Shown here piece by piece: positions 23,450-37,400 of a stretch of DNA of 64,000 nt. Both the position numbers and the translations under genes were made by a program. The notes beneath the pieces are model-generated. The model was given only the letters and a program-made list of their open reading frames with translations. It had not been told where the DNA came from and made no database searches. Position 1 is the stretch's first letter; each line of letters starts with the position of its first letter. The stretch comes from the human T2T-CHM13v2.0 reference genome, Homo sapiens, in the NCBI RefSeq assembly GCF_009914755.1, contig NC_060941.1; one strand, given 5' to 3'.

Positions 23450-26400
23450 GAATTCATTGGAAACGGGATAATTTCAGCTGACTAAACAGAAGCAGTCTCA
23501 GAATCTTCTTTGTGATGTTTGCATTCAAATCCCAGAGTTGAACTTTCCTTTCAAAGTTCACGTTTGAAACACTCTTTTTGCAGGATCTACAAGTGGATAT
23601 TTGGACCACTCTGTGTCCTTCGTTCGAAACGGGTATATCTTCACATGACATCTAGACAGAAGCATTCTCAGAAGCTTCTCTGTGATGACTGCATTCAACT
23701 CACGGACTTGAACACTCCTTTTGAGAGCGCAGTTTTGAAACTCTCTTTCTGTGGCATCTGCAAGGGGACATGTAGACCTCTTTGAAGATTTCGTTGGAAA
23801 CGGAATCATCTTCACATAAAAACAATACAGATGCATTCTCAGGAACTTTTTGGTGATGTTTGTATTCAACTCCTAGAGTTGAACTTTCCTTTGGAAAGAG
23901 CAGCTATGAAACACTCTTTGTCTAGAATCTGCAAGTGGACGTTTGGAGGGCTTTGTGGTTTGTGGTGGAAAAGGAAATATCTTCACCTAAATACTAGACA
24001 GAAGCATTCTCAGAAACTGCTTTGTGATGATTGCATTCACCTCACAGAGTTGAACATTCCTATTGATAGAGCAGTTTGGAAACACTCTTGTTGTGGAATG
24101 TGCAAGTGGAGATTTGGAGCGCTTTGAGGCCTATGGTAGTAAAGGGAATAGCTTCATAGAAAAACTAGACAGAAGCATACTCAGAAAATACTTTGTGATG
24201 ATTGAGTTTAACCCACAGAGCTGAACATTCCTTTGGATGGAGCAGGTTTGAGACACACTTTTTGTAGAATCTACAAGTGGATATTTGGACCTCTCTGAGG
24301 ATTTCGTTGGAAACGGGATAACTGCACCTAACTAAACGGAAGCATTCTCAGAAAGTTCTTTGTGATGTTTGCATTCAAATCCCAGAGTTGAACCTTCCTT
24401 TGATATTTCAGGTTTGAAACACTCTTTTTGTAGGATCTGCAAGTGGATATTTGGACCACTCTGTGGCCTTCTTTCGAAACGGGTACATCTTCGCATAAAA
24501 TCTAGACAGAAGCCTTCTCAGAAACTTCTCTGTGATGATTGCATTCAACTCACAGAGTTGAACCCTCCTATGGACAGAGCAGTGTTGAAACTCTCTTTTT
24601 GTGGAATCTGCAAGTGGATATGTGGACCTCTCCGAAGATGTCTTTGGAAACGGGAATATCTTCACATAAAAACTAAACAGAAGCATTCTCAGAAACTTCT
24701 CTGTGATGTTTCTGTTCAACTCCCAGAGTTTCACATTGCTTTTCATAGAGTAGTTCTGAAACATGCTTTTCGTAGTGTCTGCAAGTGGACATTTGGAGCG
24801 CTTTCAGGCCTGTGGTGGAAAACGAATTATGGTCACATAAAAACTGGAGAGAAGCATTGTCAGAAACTTCGTTGTGATGATTGCATTCAACTCACAGAGT
24901 TGAAGGTTCCTTTTCAAAGAGCAGTTTCCAATCACTCTTTCTGTGGAATCTGCAAGTGGATATTTGGACCTCTTTGAAGATTTCGTTGGAAACGGGAGAA
25001 TCTTCACAGAAAAGCTAAACAGAAGCATTCTCAGAAACTTCTTTGTGATGCTTGCATTCAACTCACAGAGTTGAACTTTCCTTTCGAGAGAGAAGCTTTG
25101 AAACACTCTTTTTCCAGAATCTGCAAGTGGACATTTGGAGGGCTTTGAGGCCTGTGGTGGAAAAGGAATTATCTTCCCGTAAAAGCTAGATAGAAGCATT
25201 CTCAGAAACTACTTTGTGATGATTGCATTCAAGTCACAGAGTTGAACATTCCCGTTGACAGAGCAGTTTGGAAACTCTCTTTGTGTAGAATCTGCAAAGT
25301 GGAGATATGGACCGCTTTGAGGACTATGGTAGTAAAGGAAATAGCTTCATATAAAAGCTAGAGAGTAGCATTCACAGAAAACACTTGGTGACGACTGAGT
25401 TTAACTCACAGAGCTGAACATCACTTTGGATGGAGCAGTTTCGAAACACACTATTCGTAGAATGTGCAAGTGGATATTTGGGCCTCTCTGAGGATTTCGT
25501 TGGAAACGGGATAAACCGCACAGAACTAAAACAGAAGCATTCTCAGAACCTTCTTCGTGATGTTTGCATTCAACTCACAGTGCTGAACCTTTCTTTGATA
25601 GTTCAGCTTTGAAACACTCTTTTTGTAGAAACTGCAAGTGTATATTTGGTCCTCTCTGAGGATTTCGTTGGAAACGGGATAAACCGCACAGAACTAAAAC
25701 AGAAGCATTCTCAGAACCCTCTTCGTGATGTTTGCATTCAACTCACAGTGCTGAACCTTTCTTTGATAGTTCAGCTTTGAAACACTCTTTTTGTAGAAAC
25801 TGCAAGTGGATATTTGGTCCTCTCTGAGGATTTCTTTGGAAACGGGATAAACCGCACAGAACCAAACAGAAGCATTCTCAGAACCTTCCTCGTGATGTCT
25901 GCATTCAACTCACAGTGTGGAACCTTTCTTTGATAGTTCAGCTTTGAAACACTCTTTTTGTAGAACCTGCAAGGGGATAATTGCACTTCTTTGAGGCCTA
26001 CCGTTGTAAAGGAAATAACTTCCTATAAAAAGAAGACAGAAGCTTTCTCAGAAAATTCTTTGGGATGATTGAGTTGAACTCACAGAGCTGAACATTCCTT
26101 GCGATGTAGCAGTTTAGAAACACACTTTCTGCAGAATCTGCAAGTGCATATTTGGACCTCTCTGAGGAATTCGTTGGAAACGGGATAATTTCAGCTGACT
26201 AAACAGAAGCAGTCTCAGAATCTTCTTTGTGATGTTTGCATTCAAATCCCAGAGTTGAACTTTCCTTTCAAAGTTCACGTTTGAAACTCTCTTTTTGCAG
26301 GTTCTATAAGTGGATATTTGGACCACTCTGTGTATTTCGTTCGAAACGGGTATATCTTCACATGACATCTAGACAGAAGCATTCTCAGAAGCTTCTCTGT

Positions 26401-28881
26401 GATGACTGCATTCAACTCACGGAGTTGAACACTCCTTTTGAGAGCGCAGTTTTGAAACTCTCTTTCTGTGGCATCCCCAAGGGGACATGTAGACCTCTTT
26501 GAAGATTTCGTTGGAAACGGAATCATCTTCACATTAAAACTATACAGATGCATTCTCAGGAACTTTTTGGTGATGTTTGTATTCAACTCCCAGAGTTGAA
26601 CTTTCCTTTGGAAAGAGCAGCTATGAAACACTCTTTTTCTAGAATCTGCAAGTGGACGTTTGGAGGGCTTTGTGGTTTGTGGTGGAAAAGGAAATATCTT
26701 CACCTAAATACTAGATAGAAACATTCTCAGAAACTTCTTTATGATGATTGCATTCACCTCACAGAGTTGAACATTCCTATTGATAGAGCAGTTTGGAAAC
26801 ACTCTTGTTGTGGAATGTGCAAGTGGAGATTTGGAGCGCTTTGAGGCCTATGGTAGTAAAGGGAATAGCTTCATAGAAAAACTAGACAGAAGCATTCTCA
26901 GAAAATACTTTGTGATGATTGAGTTGAACTCACAGAGCTGAACATTCCTTTGGATGGAGCAGGTTTGAGACACACTTTTTGTAGAATCTACAAGTGGATA
27001 TTTGGACCTCTTTGAGGATTTCGTTGGAAACGGGATAACTGCACCTAACTAAACGGAAGCATTCTCAGAAACTTCTTGGTGATGTTTGCATTCAAATCCC
27101 AGAGTTGAAACTTCCTTTGATAGTTCAGGTTTGAAACACTCTTTTTGTAGGACCTGCAAGTGGATATTTGGACCACTCTGTGGCCTTCGTTCGAAACGGG
27201 TACATCTTCGCATAAAATCTAGACAGAAGCCTTCTCAGAAACTTCTCTGTGATGATTGCATTCAACTCACGGAGTTGAACCCTCCTATGGATAGAGCAGT
27301 GTTGAAACTCTCTTTTTGTGGAATCTGCAAGTGGATATGTGGACCTCTCCGAAGATGTCTTTGGAAACGGGAATATCTTCACATAAAAACTAAACAGAAG
27401 CATTCTCAGAAACTTCTCTGTGATGTTTGTGTTCAACTCCCAGAGTTTCACATTGCTTTTCATAGAGTAGTTCTGAAACATGCTTTTCGTAGTGTCTGCA
27501 AGTGGACATTTGGAGCGCTTTCAGGCCTGTGGTGGAAAACGAATTATGGTCACATAAAAACTGGAGAGAAGCATTGTCAGAAACTTCTTTGTGATGATTG
27601 CATTCAACTCACAGAGTTGAAGGTTCCTTTTCAAACAGCAGTTTCCAATCACTCTTTCTGTGGAATCTGCAAGTGGATATTTGGAGCTCTTTGAAGATTT
27701 CCTTGGAAACGGGAGAATCTTCACAGAAAAGCTAAACAGAAGAATTCTCAGAAACTTCTTTGTGATGCTTGCATTCAACTCACAGAGTTGAAATTTCCTT
27801 TCGAGAGAGAAGCTTTGAAACACTCTTTTTCCAGAATCTGCAAGTGGACATTTGGAGGGCTTTGAGGCCTGTGGTGGAAAAGGAATTATCTTCCCGTAAA
27901 AGCTAGATAGAAGCATTCTCAGAAACTACTTTGTGATGATTGCATTCAAGTCACAGAGTTGAACATTCCCTTTGACAGAGCAGTTTGGAAACTCTCTTTG
28001 TGTAGAATCTGCAAGTGGAGATATGGACCGCTTTGAGGACTATGATAGTAAAGGAAATAGCTTCATATAAAAGCTAGACAGTGGCATTCACAGAAAACTC
28101 TTGGTGACGACTGAGTTTAACTCACAGAGCTGAACATCCCTTTGGATGGAGCAGTTTGGAAACACACTATTTGTAGAATGTGCAAGTGGATATTGGGGCC
28201 TCTCTGAGGATTTCGTTGGAAACGGGATAAACCGCACAGAAATAAACAGAAGCATTCTCAGAACCTTCTTCGTGATGTTTGCATTCAACTCACAGTGTTG
28301 AACCTTTCTTTGATAGTTCAGGTTTGAAACGGTCTTTCTGTAGAAACTGCAAGTAGATATTTGGACCTCTATGAGGATTTCGTTGGATACGTGATAAACC
28401 GCACAGAACTAAAACAGAAGCATTCTCAGAACCCTCTTCGTGATGTTTGCATTCAACTCACAGTGCTGAACCTTTCTTTGATAGTTCAGCTTTGAAACAC
28501 TCTTTTTGTAGAAACTGCAAGTGGATATTTGATCCTCTCTGAGGATTTCGTTGGAAACGGGATAAACCGCACAGAACTAAACAGAAGCATTCTCAGAACC
28601 TTCTTCGTGATGTCTGCATTCAACTCACAGTGTGGAACCTTTCCTTGATAGTTCAGGTTTGAAACACTCTTTTTGTAGAAACTGCAAGGGGATAATTGCA
28701 CTTCTTTGAGGCCTACCGTAGTAAAGGAAATAACTTCCTATAAAAAGAAGAAAGAAGCTTTCTCAGAAAATTCTTTGGGATGATTGAGTTGAACTCACAG
28801 AGCTGAACATTCCTTGCGATGGAGCAGTTTAGAAACAGACTTTCTGCAGAATCTGCAAGTGCATATTTGGACCTCTCTGAG

Positions 28882-31428
28882 GAATTCGTTGGAAACGGGA
28901 TAATTTCAGCTGACTAAACAGAAGCAGTCTCAGAATCTTCTTTGTGATGTTAGCATTCAAATCCCAGAGTTGAACTTTCCTTTCAAAGTTCACGTTTGAA
29001 ACACTCTTTTTGCAGGATCTACAAGTGGATATTTGGACCACTCTGTGTCCTTCGTTCGAAACGGGTATATCTTCACATGACATCTAGACAGAAGCATTCT
29101 CAGAAGCTTCTCTGTGATGACTGCATTCAACTCACGGAGTTGAACACTCCTTTTGAGAGCGCAGTTTTGAAACTCTCTTTCTGTGGCATCTGCAAGGGGA
29201 TATGTAGACCTCTTTGAAGATTTCGTTGGAAACGGAATCATCTTCACATAAAAACTATACAGATGCATTCTCAGGAACTTTTTGGTGATGTTTGTATTCA
29301 ACTCCCAGAGTTGAACTTTCCTTTGGAAAGAGCAGCTATGAAACACTCTTTTTCTAGAATCTGCAAGTGGACGTTTGGAGGGCTTTGTGGTTTGTGGTGG
29401 AAAAGGAAATATCTTCACCTAAATACTAGATAGAAGCATTCTCAGAAACTGCATTGTGATGATTGCATTCACCTCACAGAGTTGAACATTCCTATTGATA
29501 GAGCAGTTTGGAAACACTCTTCTTGTGGAATGTGCAAGTGGAGATTTGGAGCGCTTTGAGGCCTATGGTAGTAAAGGGAATAGCTTCATAGAAAAACTAG
29601 ACAGAAGCATTCTCAGAAAATACTTTGTGATGATTGAGTTGAACTCACAGAGCTGAACATTCCTTTGGATGGAGCAGGTTTGAGACACACTTTTTGTAGA
29701 ATCTACAAGTGGATATTTGGACCTCTCTGAGGATTTCGTTGGAAACGGGATAACTGCAGCTAACTAAACGGAAGCATTCTCAGAAACTTCTTGGTGATGT
29801 TTGCATTCAAATCCCAGAGTTGAACCTTCCTTTGAGAGTTCAGGTTTGAAACACTCTTTTTGTAGGATCTGCAAGTGGATATTTGGACCACTCTGTGGCC
29901 TTCGTTCGAAACGGGTACATCTTCGCATAAAATCTAGACAGAAGCCTTCTCAGAAACTTCTCTGTGATGATTGCATTCAACTCACAGAGTTGAACCCTCC
30001 TATGGATAGAGCAGTGTTGAAACTCTCTTTTTGTGGAATCTGCAAGTGGATATGTGGACCTCTCCGAAGATGTCTTTGGAAACGGGAATATCTTCACATA
30101 AAAACTAAACAGAAGCATTCTCAGAAACTTCTCTGTGATGTTTGTGTTCAACTCCCAGAGTTTCACATTGCTTTTCATAGAGTATTTCTGAAACATGCTT
30201 TTCGTAGTGTCTGCAAGTGGACATTTGGAGCGCTTTCAGGCCTGTGGTGGAAAACGAATTATGGTCACATAAAAACTGGAGAGAAGCATTGTCAGAAACT
30301 TCTTTGTGATGATTGCATTCAACTCACAGAGTTGAAGGTTCCTTTTCAAAGAGCAGTTTCCAATCACTCTTTCTGTGGAATCTGCAAGTGGATATTTGGA
30401 CCTCTTTGAAGATTTCGTTGGAAACGGGAGAATCTTCACAGAAAAGCTAAACAGAAGCATTCTCAGAAACTTCTTTGTGATGCTTGCATTCAACTCACAG
30501 AGTTGAACTTTCCTTTTGAGAGAGAAGCTTTGAAACACTCTTTTTCCAGAATCTGCAAGTGGACATTTGGAGGGCTTTGAGGCCTGTGGTGGAAAAGGAA
30601 TTATCTTCCCGTAAAAGCTAGATAGAAGCATTCTCAGAAACTACTTTGTGATGATTGCATTCAAGTCACAGAGTTGAACATTCCCTTTGACAGAGCAGTT
30701 TGGAAACTCTCTTTGTGTAGAATCTGCAAGTGGAGATATGGACCGCTTTGAGGCCTATGGTAGTAAAGGAAAAAGCTTCATATAAAAGCTAGACAGAAGC
30801 ATTCACAGAAAACTCTTGGTGACGACTGAGTTTAACTCACAGAGCTGAACATCCCTTTGGATGGAGCAGTTTCGAAACACACTATTTGTAGAATGTGGAA
30901 GTGGATATTTGGGCCTCTCTGAGGATTTCGTTGGAAACGGGATAAACCGCACAGAACTAAACAGAAGCATTCTCAAACCTTCTTCGTGATGTTTGCATTC
31001 AACTCACAGTGTTGAACCTTTCTTTGATAGTTCAGGTTTGAAACGGTCTTTCTGTAGAAACTGCAAGTAGATATTTGGACCACTCTGAGGATTTCGTTGG
31101 AAACGGGATAAACCGCACAGAACTAAAACAGAAGCATTCTCAGAACCCTCTTCGTGATGTTTGCATTCAACTCACAGTGCTGAACCTTTCTTTGATAGTT
31201 CAGGTTTGAAACACTCTTTTTGTAGAAACTGCAAGGGGATAATTGCACTTCTTTGAGGCCTACCGTAGTAAAGGAAATAAGTTCCTATAAAAAGAAGACA
31301 GAAGCTTTCTCAGAAAATTCTTTGGGATGATTGAGTTGAACTCACAGAGCTGAACATTCCTTGCGATGTAGCAGTTTAGAAACACACTTTCTGCAGAATC
31401 TGCAAGTGCATATTTGGACCTCTCTGAG
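28882..31428 (+). repeat. 15-mer HOR variant (2,547 bp), m15/m16 hybrid junction
   Basis: m14 is retained (AAACGGTCTTTCTG at ~31040). The next monomer begins as m15 (ACCCTCTTCG..GTGCTGAAC) and ends as m16 (CAGGTTTG..AAGGGGATAATTGCAC). Confidence 0.9.
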
Positions 31429-34400
31429 GAATTCGTTGGAAACGGGATAATTTCAGCTGACTAAACAGAAGCAGTCTCAGAATCTTTTTTGTGATGTTTG
31501 CATTCAAATCCCAGAGTTGAACTTTCCTTTCAAAGTTCACGTTTGAAACACTCTTTTTGCAGGATCTACAAGTGGATATTTGGACCACTCTGTGTCCTTC
31601 GTTCGAAACGGGTATATCTTCACATGACATCTAGACAGAAGCATTCTCAGAAGCTTCTCTGTGATGACTGCATTCAACTCACGGAGTTGAACACTCCTTT
31701 TGAGAGCGCAGTTTTGAAACTCTCTTTCTGTGGCATCTGCAAGGGGACATGTAGACCTCTTTGAAGATTTCGTTGGAAACGGAATCATCTTCACATAAAA
31801 ACTATACAGATGCATTCTCAGGAACTTTTTGGTGATGTTTGTATTCAACTCCCAGAGTTGAACTTTCCTTTGGAAAGAGCAGCTATGAAACACTCCTTTT
31901 CTAGAATCTGCAAGTGGACGTTTGGAGGGCTTTGTGGTTTGTGGTGGAAAAGGAAATATCTTCACCTAAATACTAGATAGAAGCATTCTCAGAAACTGCT
32001 TTGTGATGATTGCATTCACCTCACAGAGTTGAACATTCCTATTGATAGAGCAGTTTGGAAACACTCTTCTTGTGGAATGTGCAAGTGGAGATTTGGAGCG
32101 CTTTGAGGCCTATGGTAGTAAAGGGAATAGCTTCATAGAAAAACTAGACAGAAGCATTCTCAGAAAATACTTTGTGATGATTGAGTTGGACTCACAGAGC
32201 TGAACATTCCTTTGGATGGAGCAGGTTTGAGACACACTATTTGTAGAATCTACAAGTGGATATTTGGACATCTCTGAGGATTTCGTAGGAAACGGGATAA
32301 CTGCACCTAACTAAACGGAAGCATTCTCAGAAACTTCTTGGTGATGTTTGCATTCAAATCCCAGAGTTGAACCTTCCTTTGATAGTTCAGGTTTGAAACA
32401 CTCTTTTTGTAGGATCTGCAAGTGGATATTTGGACCACTCTGTGGCCTTCGTTCGAAACGGGTACATCTTCGCATAAAATCTAGACAGAAGCCTTCTCAG
32501 AAACTTCTCTGTGATGATTGCATTCAACTCACAGAGTTGAACCCTCCTATGGATAGAGCAGTGTTGAAACTCTCTTTTTGTGGAATCTGCAAGTGGATAT
32601 GTGGACCTCTCCGAAGATGTCTTTGGAAACGGGAATATCTTCACATAAAAACTAAACGGAAGCATTCTCAGAAACTTCTCTGTGATGTTTGTGTTCAACT
32701 CCCAGAGTTTCACATTGCTTTTCATAGAGTAGTTCTGAAACATGCTTTTCGTAGTGTCTGCAAGTGGACATTTGGAGCGCTTTCAGGCCTGTGGTGGAAA
32801 ACGAATTATGGTCACATAAAAACTGGAGAGAAGCATTGTCAGAAACTTCTTTGTGATGATTGCATTCAACTCACAGAGTTGAAGGTTCCTTTTCAAACAG
32901 CAGTTTCCAATCACTCTTTCTGTGGAATCTGCAAGTGGATATTTGGACCTCTTTGAAGATTTCATTGGAAACGGGAGAATCTTCACAGAAAAGCTAAACA
33001 GAAGCATTCTCAGAAACTTCTTTGTGATGCTTGCATTCAACTCACAGAGTTGAACTTTCCTTTCGAGAGAGAAGCTTTGAAACACTCTTTTTCCAGAATC
33101 TGCAAGTGGACATTTGGAGGGCTTTGAGGACTGTGGTGGAAAAGGAATTATCTTCCCGTAAAAGCTAGATAGAAGCATTCTCAGAAACTACTTCGTGATG
33201 ATTGCATTCAAGTCACAGAGTTGAACATTCCCTTTGACAGAGCAGTTTGGAAACTCTCTTTGTGTAGAATCTGCAAGTGGAGATATGGACCGCTTTGAGG
33301 ACTATGGTAGTAAAGGAAATAGCTTCATATAAAAGCTAAACAGTAGCATTCACAGAAAACTCTTGGTGACGACTGCGTTTAACTCACAGAGCTGAAAATC
33401 CCTTTGGATGGAGCAGTTTCGAAAAACACTATTTGTAGAATGTGCAAGTGGATATTGGGGCCTCTCTGAGGATTTCGTTGGAAACGGGATAAACCACACA
33501 GAACTAAACAGAAGCATCCTCAGAACCTTCTTCGTGATGTTTGCATTCAACTCACAGTGCTGAACCTTTCTTTGATAGTTCAGCTTTGAAACACTCTTTT
33601 TGTAGAAACTGCAAGTGGATATTTGGACCTCTCTGAGGATTTCGTTGGAAACGGGATAAACCGCACAGAACTAAAACAGAAGCATTCTCAGAACCCTCTT
33701 CGTGATGTTTGCATTCAACTCACAGTGCTGAACCTTTCTTTGATAGTTCAGCTTTGAAACACTCTTTTTGTAGAAACTGCAAGTGGATATTTGGTCCTCT
33801 GTGAGGATTTCGTTGGAAACGGGATAAACCGCACAGAACTAAACAGAAGCATTCTCAGAACCTTCTTCGTGATGACTGCATTCAACTCACAGTGTGGAAG
33901 CTTTCTTTGATAGTTCAGCTTTGAAACACTCTTTTTGTAGAAACTGCAAGGGGATAATTGCACTTCTTTGAGGCCTACCGTACTAAAGGAAATAACTTCC
34001 TATAAAAAGAAGACAGAAGCTTTCTCAGAAAATTCTTTGGGATGATTGAGTTGAACTCACAGAGCTGAACATTCCTTGCGATGTAGCAGTTTAGAAACAC
34101 ACTTTCTGCAGAATCTGCAAGTGCATATTTGGACCTCTCTGAGGAATTCGTTGGAAACGGGATAATTTCAGCTGACTAAACAGAAGCAGTCTCAGAATCT
34201 TCTTTGCGATGTTTGCATTCAAATCCCAGAGTTGAACTTTCCTTTCAAAGTTCACATTTGAAACACTCTTTTTGCAGGATCTACAAGTGGATATTTGGAC
34301 CACTCTGTGTACTTCGTTCGAAACGGGTATATCTTCACATGACATCTAGACAGAAGCATTCTCAGAAGCTTCTCTGTGATGACTGCATTCAACTCACAGA

Positions 34401-37400
34401 GTTGAACACTCCTTTTGAGAGTGCAGTTTTGAAACTCTCTTTCTGTGGCATCTGCAAGGGGACATGTAGACCTCTCTGAAGATTTCGTTGGAAACGGAAT
34501 CATCTTCACATAAAAACTATACAGATGCATTCTCAGGAACTTTTTGGTGATGTTTGTATTCAACTCCCAGAGTTGAACTTTCCTTTGGAAAGAGCAGCTA
34601 TGAAACACTTTTTCTAGAATCTGCAAGTGGACGTTTGGAGGGCTTTGTGGTTTGTGGTGGAAAAGGAAATATCTTCACCTAAATACTAGATAGAAGCATT
34701 CTCAGAAACTGCTTTGTGATGATTGCATTCACCTCACAGAGTTGAACATTCCTATTGATAGAGCAGTTTGGAAACACTCTTGTTGTGGAATGTGCAAGTG
34801 GAGATTTGGAGCGCTTTGAGGCCTATGGTAGTAAAGGGAATAGCTTCATAGAAAAACTAGACAGAAGCATTCTCAGAAAATACTTTGTGATGATTGAGTT
34901 GAACTCACAGAGCTGAACATTCCTTTGGATGGAGCAGGTTTGAGACACACTTTTTGTAGAATCTACAAGTGGATATTTGGTCCTCTCTGAAGATTTCGTT
35001 GGAAACGGGATAACTGCACCTAACTAAACGGAAGCATTCTCAGAAACTTCTTGGTGATGTTTGCATTCAAATCCCAGAGTTGAACCTTCCTTTGATAGTT
35101 CAGGTTTGAAACACTCTTTTTGTAGGATCTGCAAGTGGATATTTGGACCACTCTGTGGCCTTCGTTCGAAACGGGTACATCTTCGCATAAAATCTAGACA
35201 GAAGCCTTCTCAGAAACTTCTCTGTGATGATTGCATTCAACTCACAGAGTTGAACCCTCCTATGGATAGAGCAGTGTTGAAACTCTCTTTTTGTGGAATC
35301 TGCAAGTGGATATGTGGACCTCTCCGAAAATGTCTTTGGAAACGGGAATATCTTCACATAAAAACTAAACAGAAGCATTCTCAGAAACTTCTCTGTGATG
35401 TTTGTGTTCAACTCCCAGAGTTTCACATTGCTTTTCATAGAGTAGTTCTGAAACATGCTTTTCGTAGTGTCTGCAAGTGGACATTTGGAGCGCTTTCAGG
35501 CCTTTGGTGGAAAACGAATTATGGTCACATAAAAACTGGAGAGAAGCATTGTCAGAAACTTCTTTGTGATGATTGCATTCAACTCACAGAGTTGAAGGTT
35601 CCTTTTCAAAGAGCAGTTTCCAATCACTCTTTCTGTGGAATCTGCAAGTGGATATTTGGACCTCTTTGAAGATTTCGTTGGAAACGGGAGAATCTTCACA
35701 GAAAAGCTAAACAGAAGCATTCTCAGAAACTTCTTTGTGATGCTTGCATTCAACTCACAGAGTTGAACTTTCCTATCGAGAGAGAAGCTTTGAAACACTC
35801 TTTTTCCAGAGTCTGCAAGTGGACATTTGGAGGGCTTTGAGGCCTGTGGTGGAAAAGGAATTATCTTCCCGTAAAAGCTAGATAGAAGCATTCTCAGAAA
35901 CTACTTCGTGATGATTGCATTCAAGTCACAGAGTTGAACATTCCCTTTGACAGAGCAGTTTGGAAACTCTCTTTGTGTAGAATCTGCAAGTGGAGATATG
36001 GACCGCTTTGAGGACTATGGTAGTAAAGGAAATAGCTTCATATAAAAGCTAGACAGTAGCATTCACAGAAAACTCTTGGTGACGACTGCGTTTAACTCAC
36101 AGAGCTGAAAATTCCTTTCGATGGAGCAGTTTCGAAAAACACTATTTGTAGAATGTGCAAGTGGATATTGGGGCCTCTCTGAGGATTTCGTTGGAAACGG
36201 GATAAACCACACAGAACTAAACAGAAGCATCCTCAGAACCTTCTTCGTGATGTTTGCATTCAACTCACAGTGCTGAACCTTTCTTTGATAGTTCAGCTTT
36301 GAAACACTCTTTTTGTAGAAACTGCAAGTGGATATTTGGACCTCTCGGAGGATTTCGTTGGAAACGGGATAAACTGCACAGAACTAAAACAGAAGCATTC
36401 TCAGAACCCTCTTTGTGATGTTTGCATTCAACTCACAGTGCTGAACCTTTCTTTGATAGTTCAGCTTTGAAACACTCTTTTTGTAGAAACTGCAAGTGGA
36501 TATTTCGTCCTCTCTGAGCATTTCGTTGGAAACGGGATAAACCGCACAGAACTAAACAGAAGCATTCTCAGAACCTTCTTCGTGATGTCTGCATTCAACT
36601 CACAGTGTGGAACCTTTCTTTGATAGTTCAGGTTTGAAACACTCTTTTTGTTGAAACTGCAGGGGATAATTGCACTTCTTTGAGGCCTACAGTAGCAAAA
36701 GAAATAACTTCCTATAAAAAGAAGACAGAAGCTTTCTCAGAAAATTCTTTGGGATGATTGAGTTGAACTCACAGAGCTGAACATTCCTTGCGATGTAGCA
36801 GTTTAGAAACACACTTTCTGCAGAATCTGCAAGTGCATATTGAGACCTCTCTGAGGAATTCGTTGGAAACGGGATAATTTCAGCTGACTAAACAGAAGCA
36901 GTCTCAGAATCTTCTTTGTGATGTTTGCATTCAAATCCCAGAGTTGAACTTTCCTTTCAAAGTTCACGTTTGAAACACTCTTTTTGCAGGATCTACAAGT
37001 GGATATTTGGACAACTCTGTGTCCTTCGTTCGAAACGGGCATATCTTCACATGACATCTAGACAGAAGCATTCTCAGAAGCTTCTCTGTGATGACTGCAT
37101 TCAACTCACGGAGTTGAGCACTCCTTTTGAGAGCGCAGTTTTGAAACTCTCTTTCTGTGGCATCTGCAAGGGGACATGTGGACCTCTTTGAAGATTTCGT
37201 TGGAAACTGAATCATCTTCACATAAAAACTATACAGATGCATTCTCAGGAACTTTTTGGTGATGTTTGTATTCAACTCCCAGAGTTGAACTTTCCTTTGG
37301 AAAGAGCAGCTATGAAACACTCTTTTTCTAGAATCTGCAAGTGGACGTTTGGAGGGCTTTGTGGTTTGTGGTGGAAAAGGAAATATCTTCACCTAAATAC

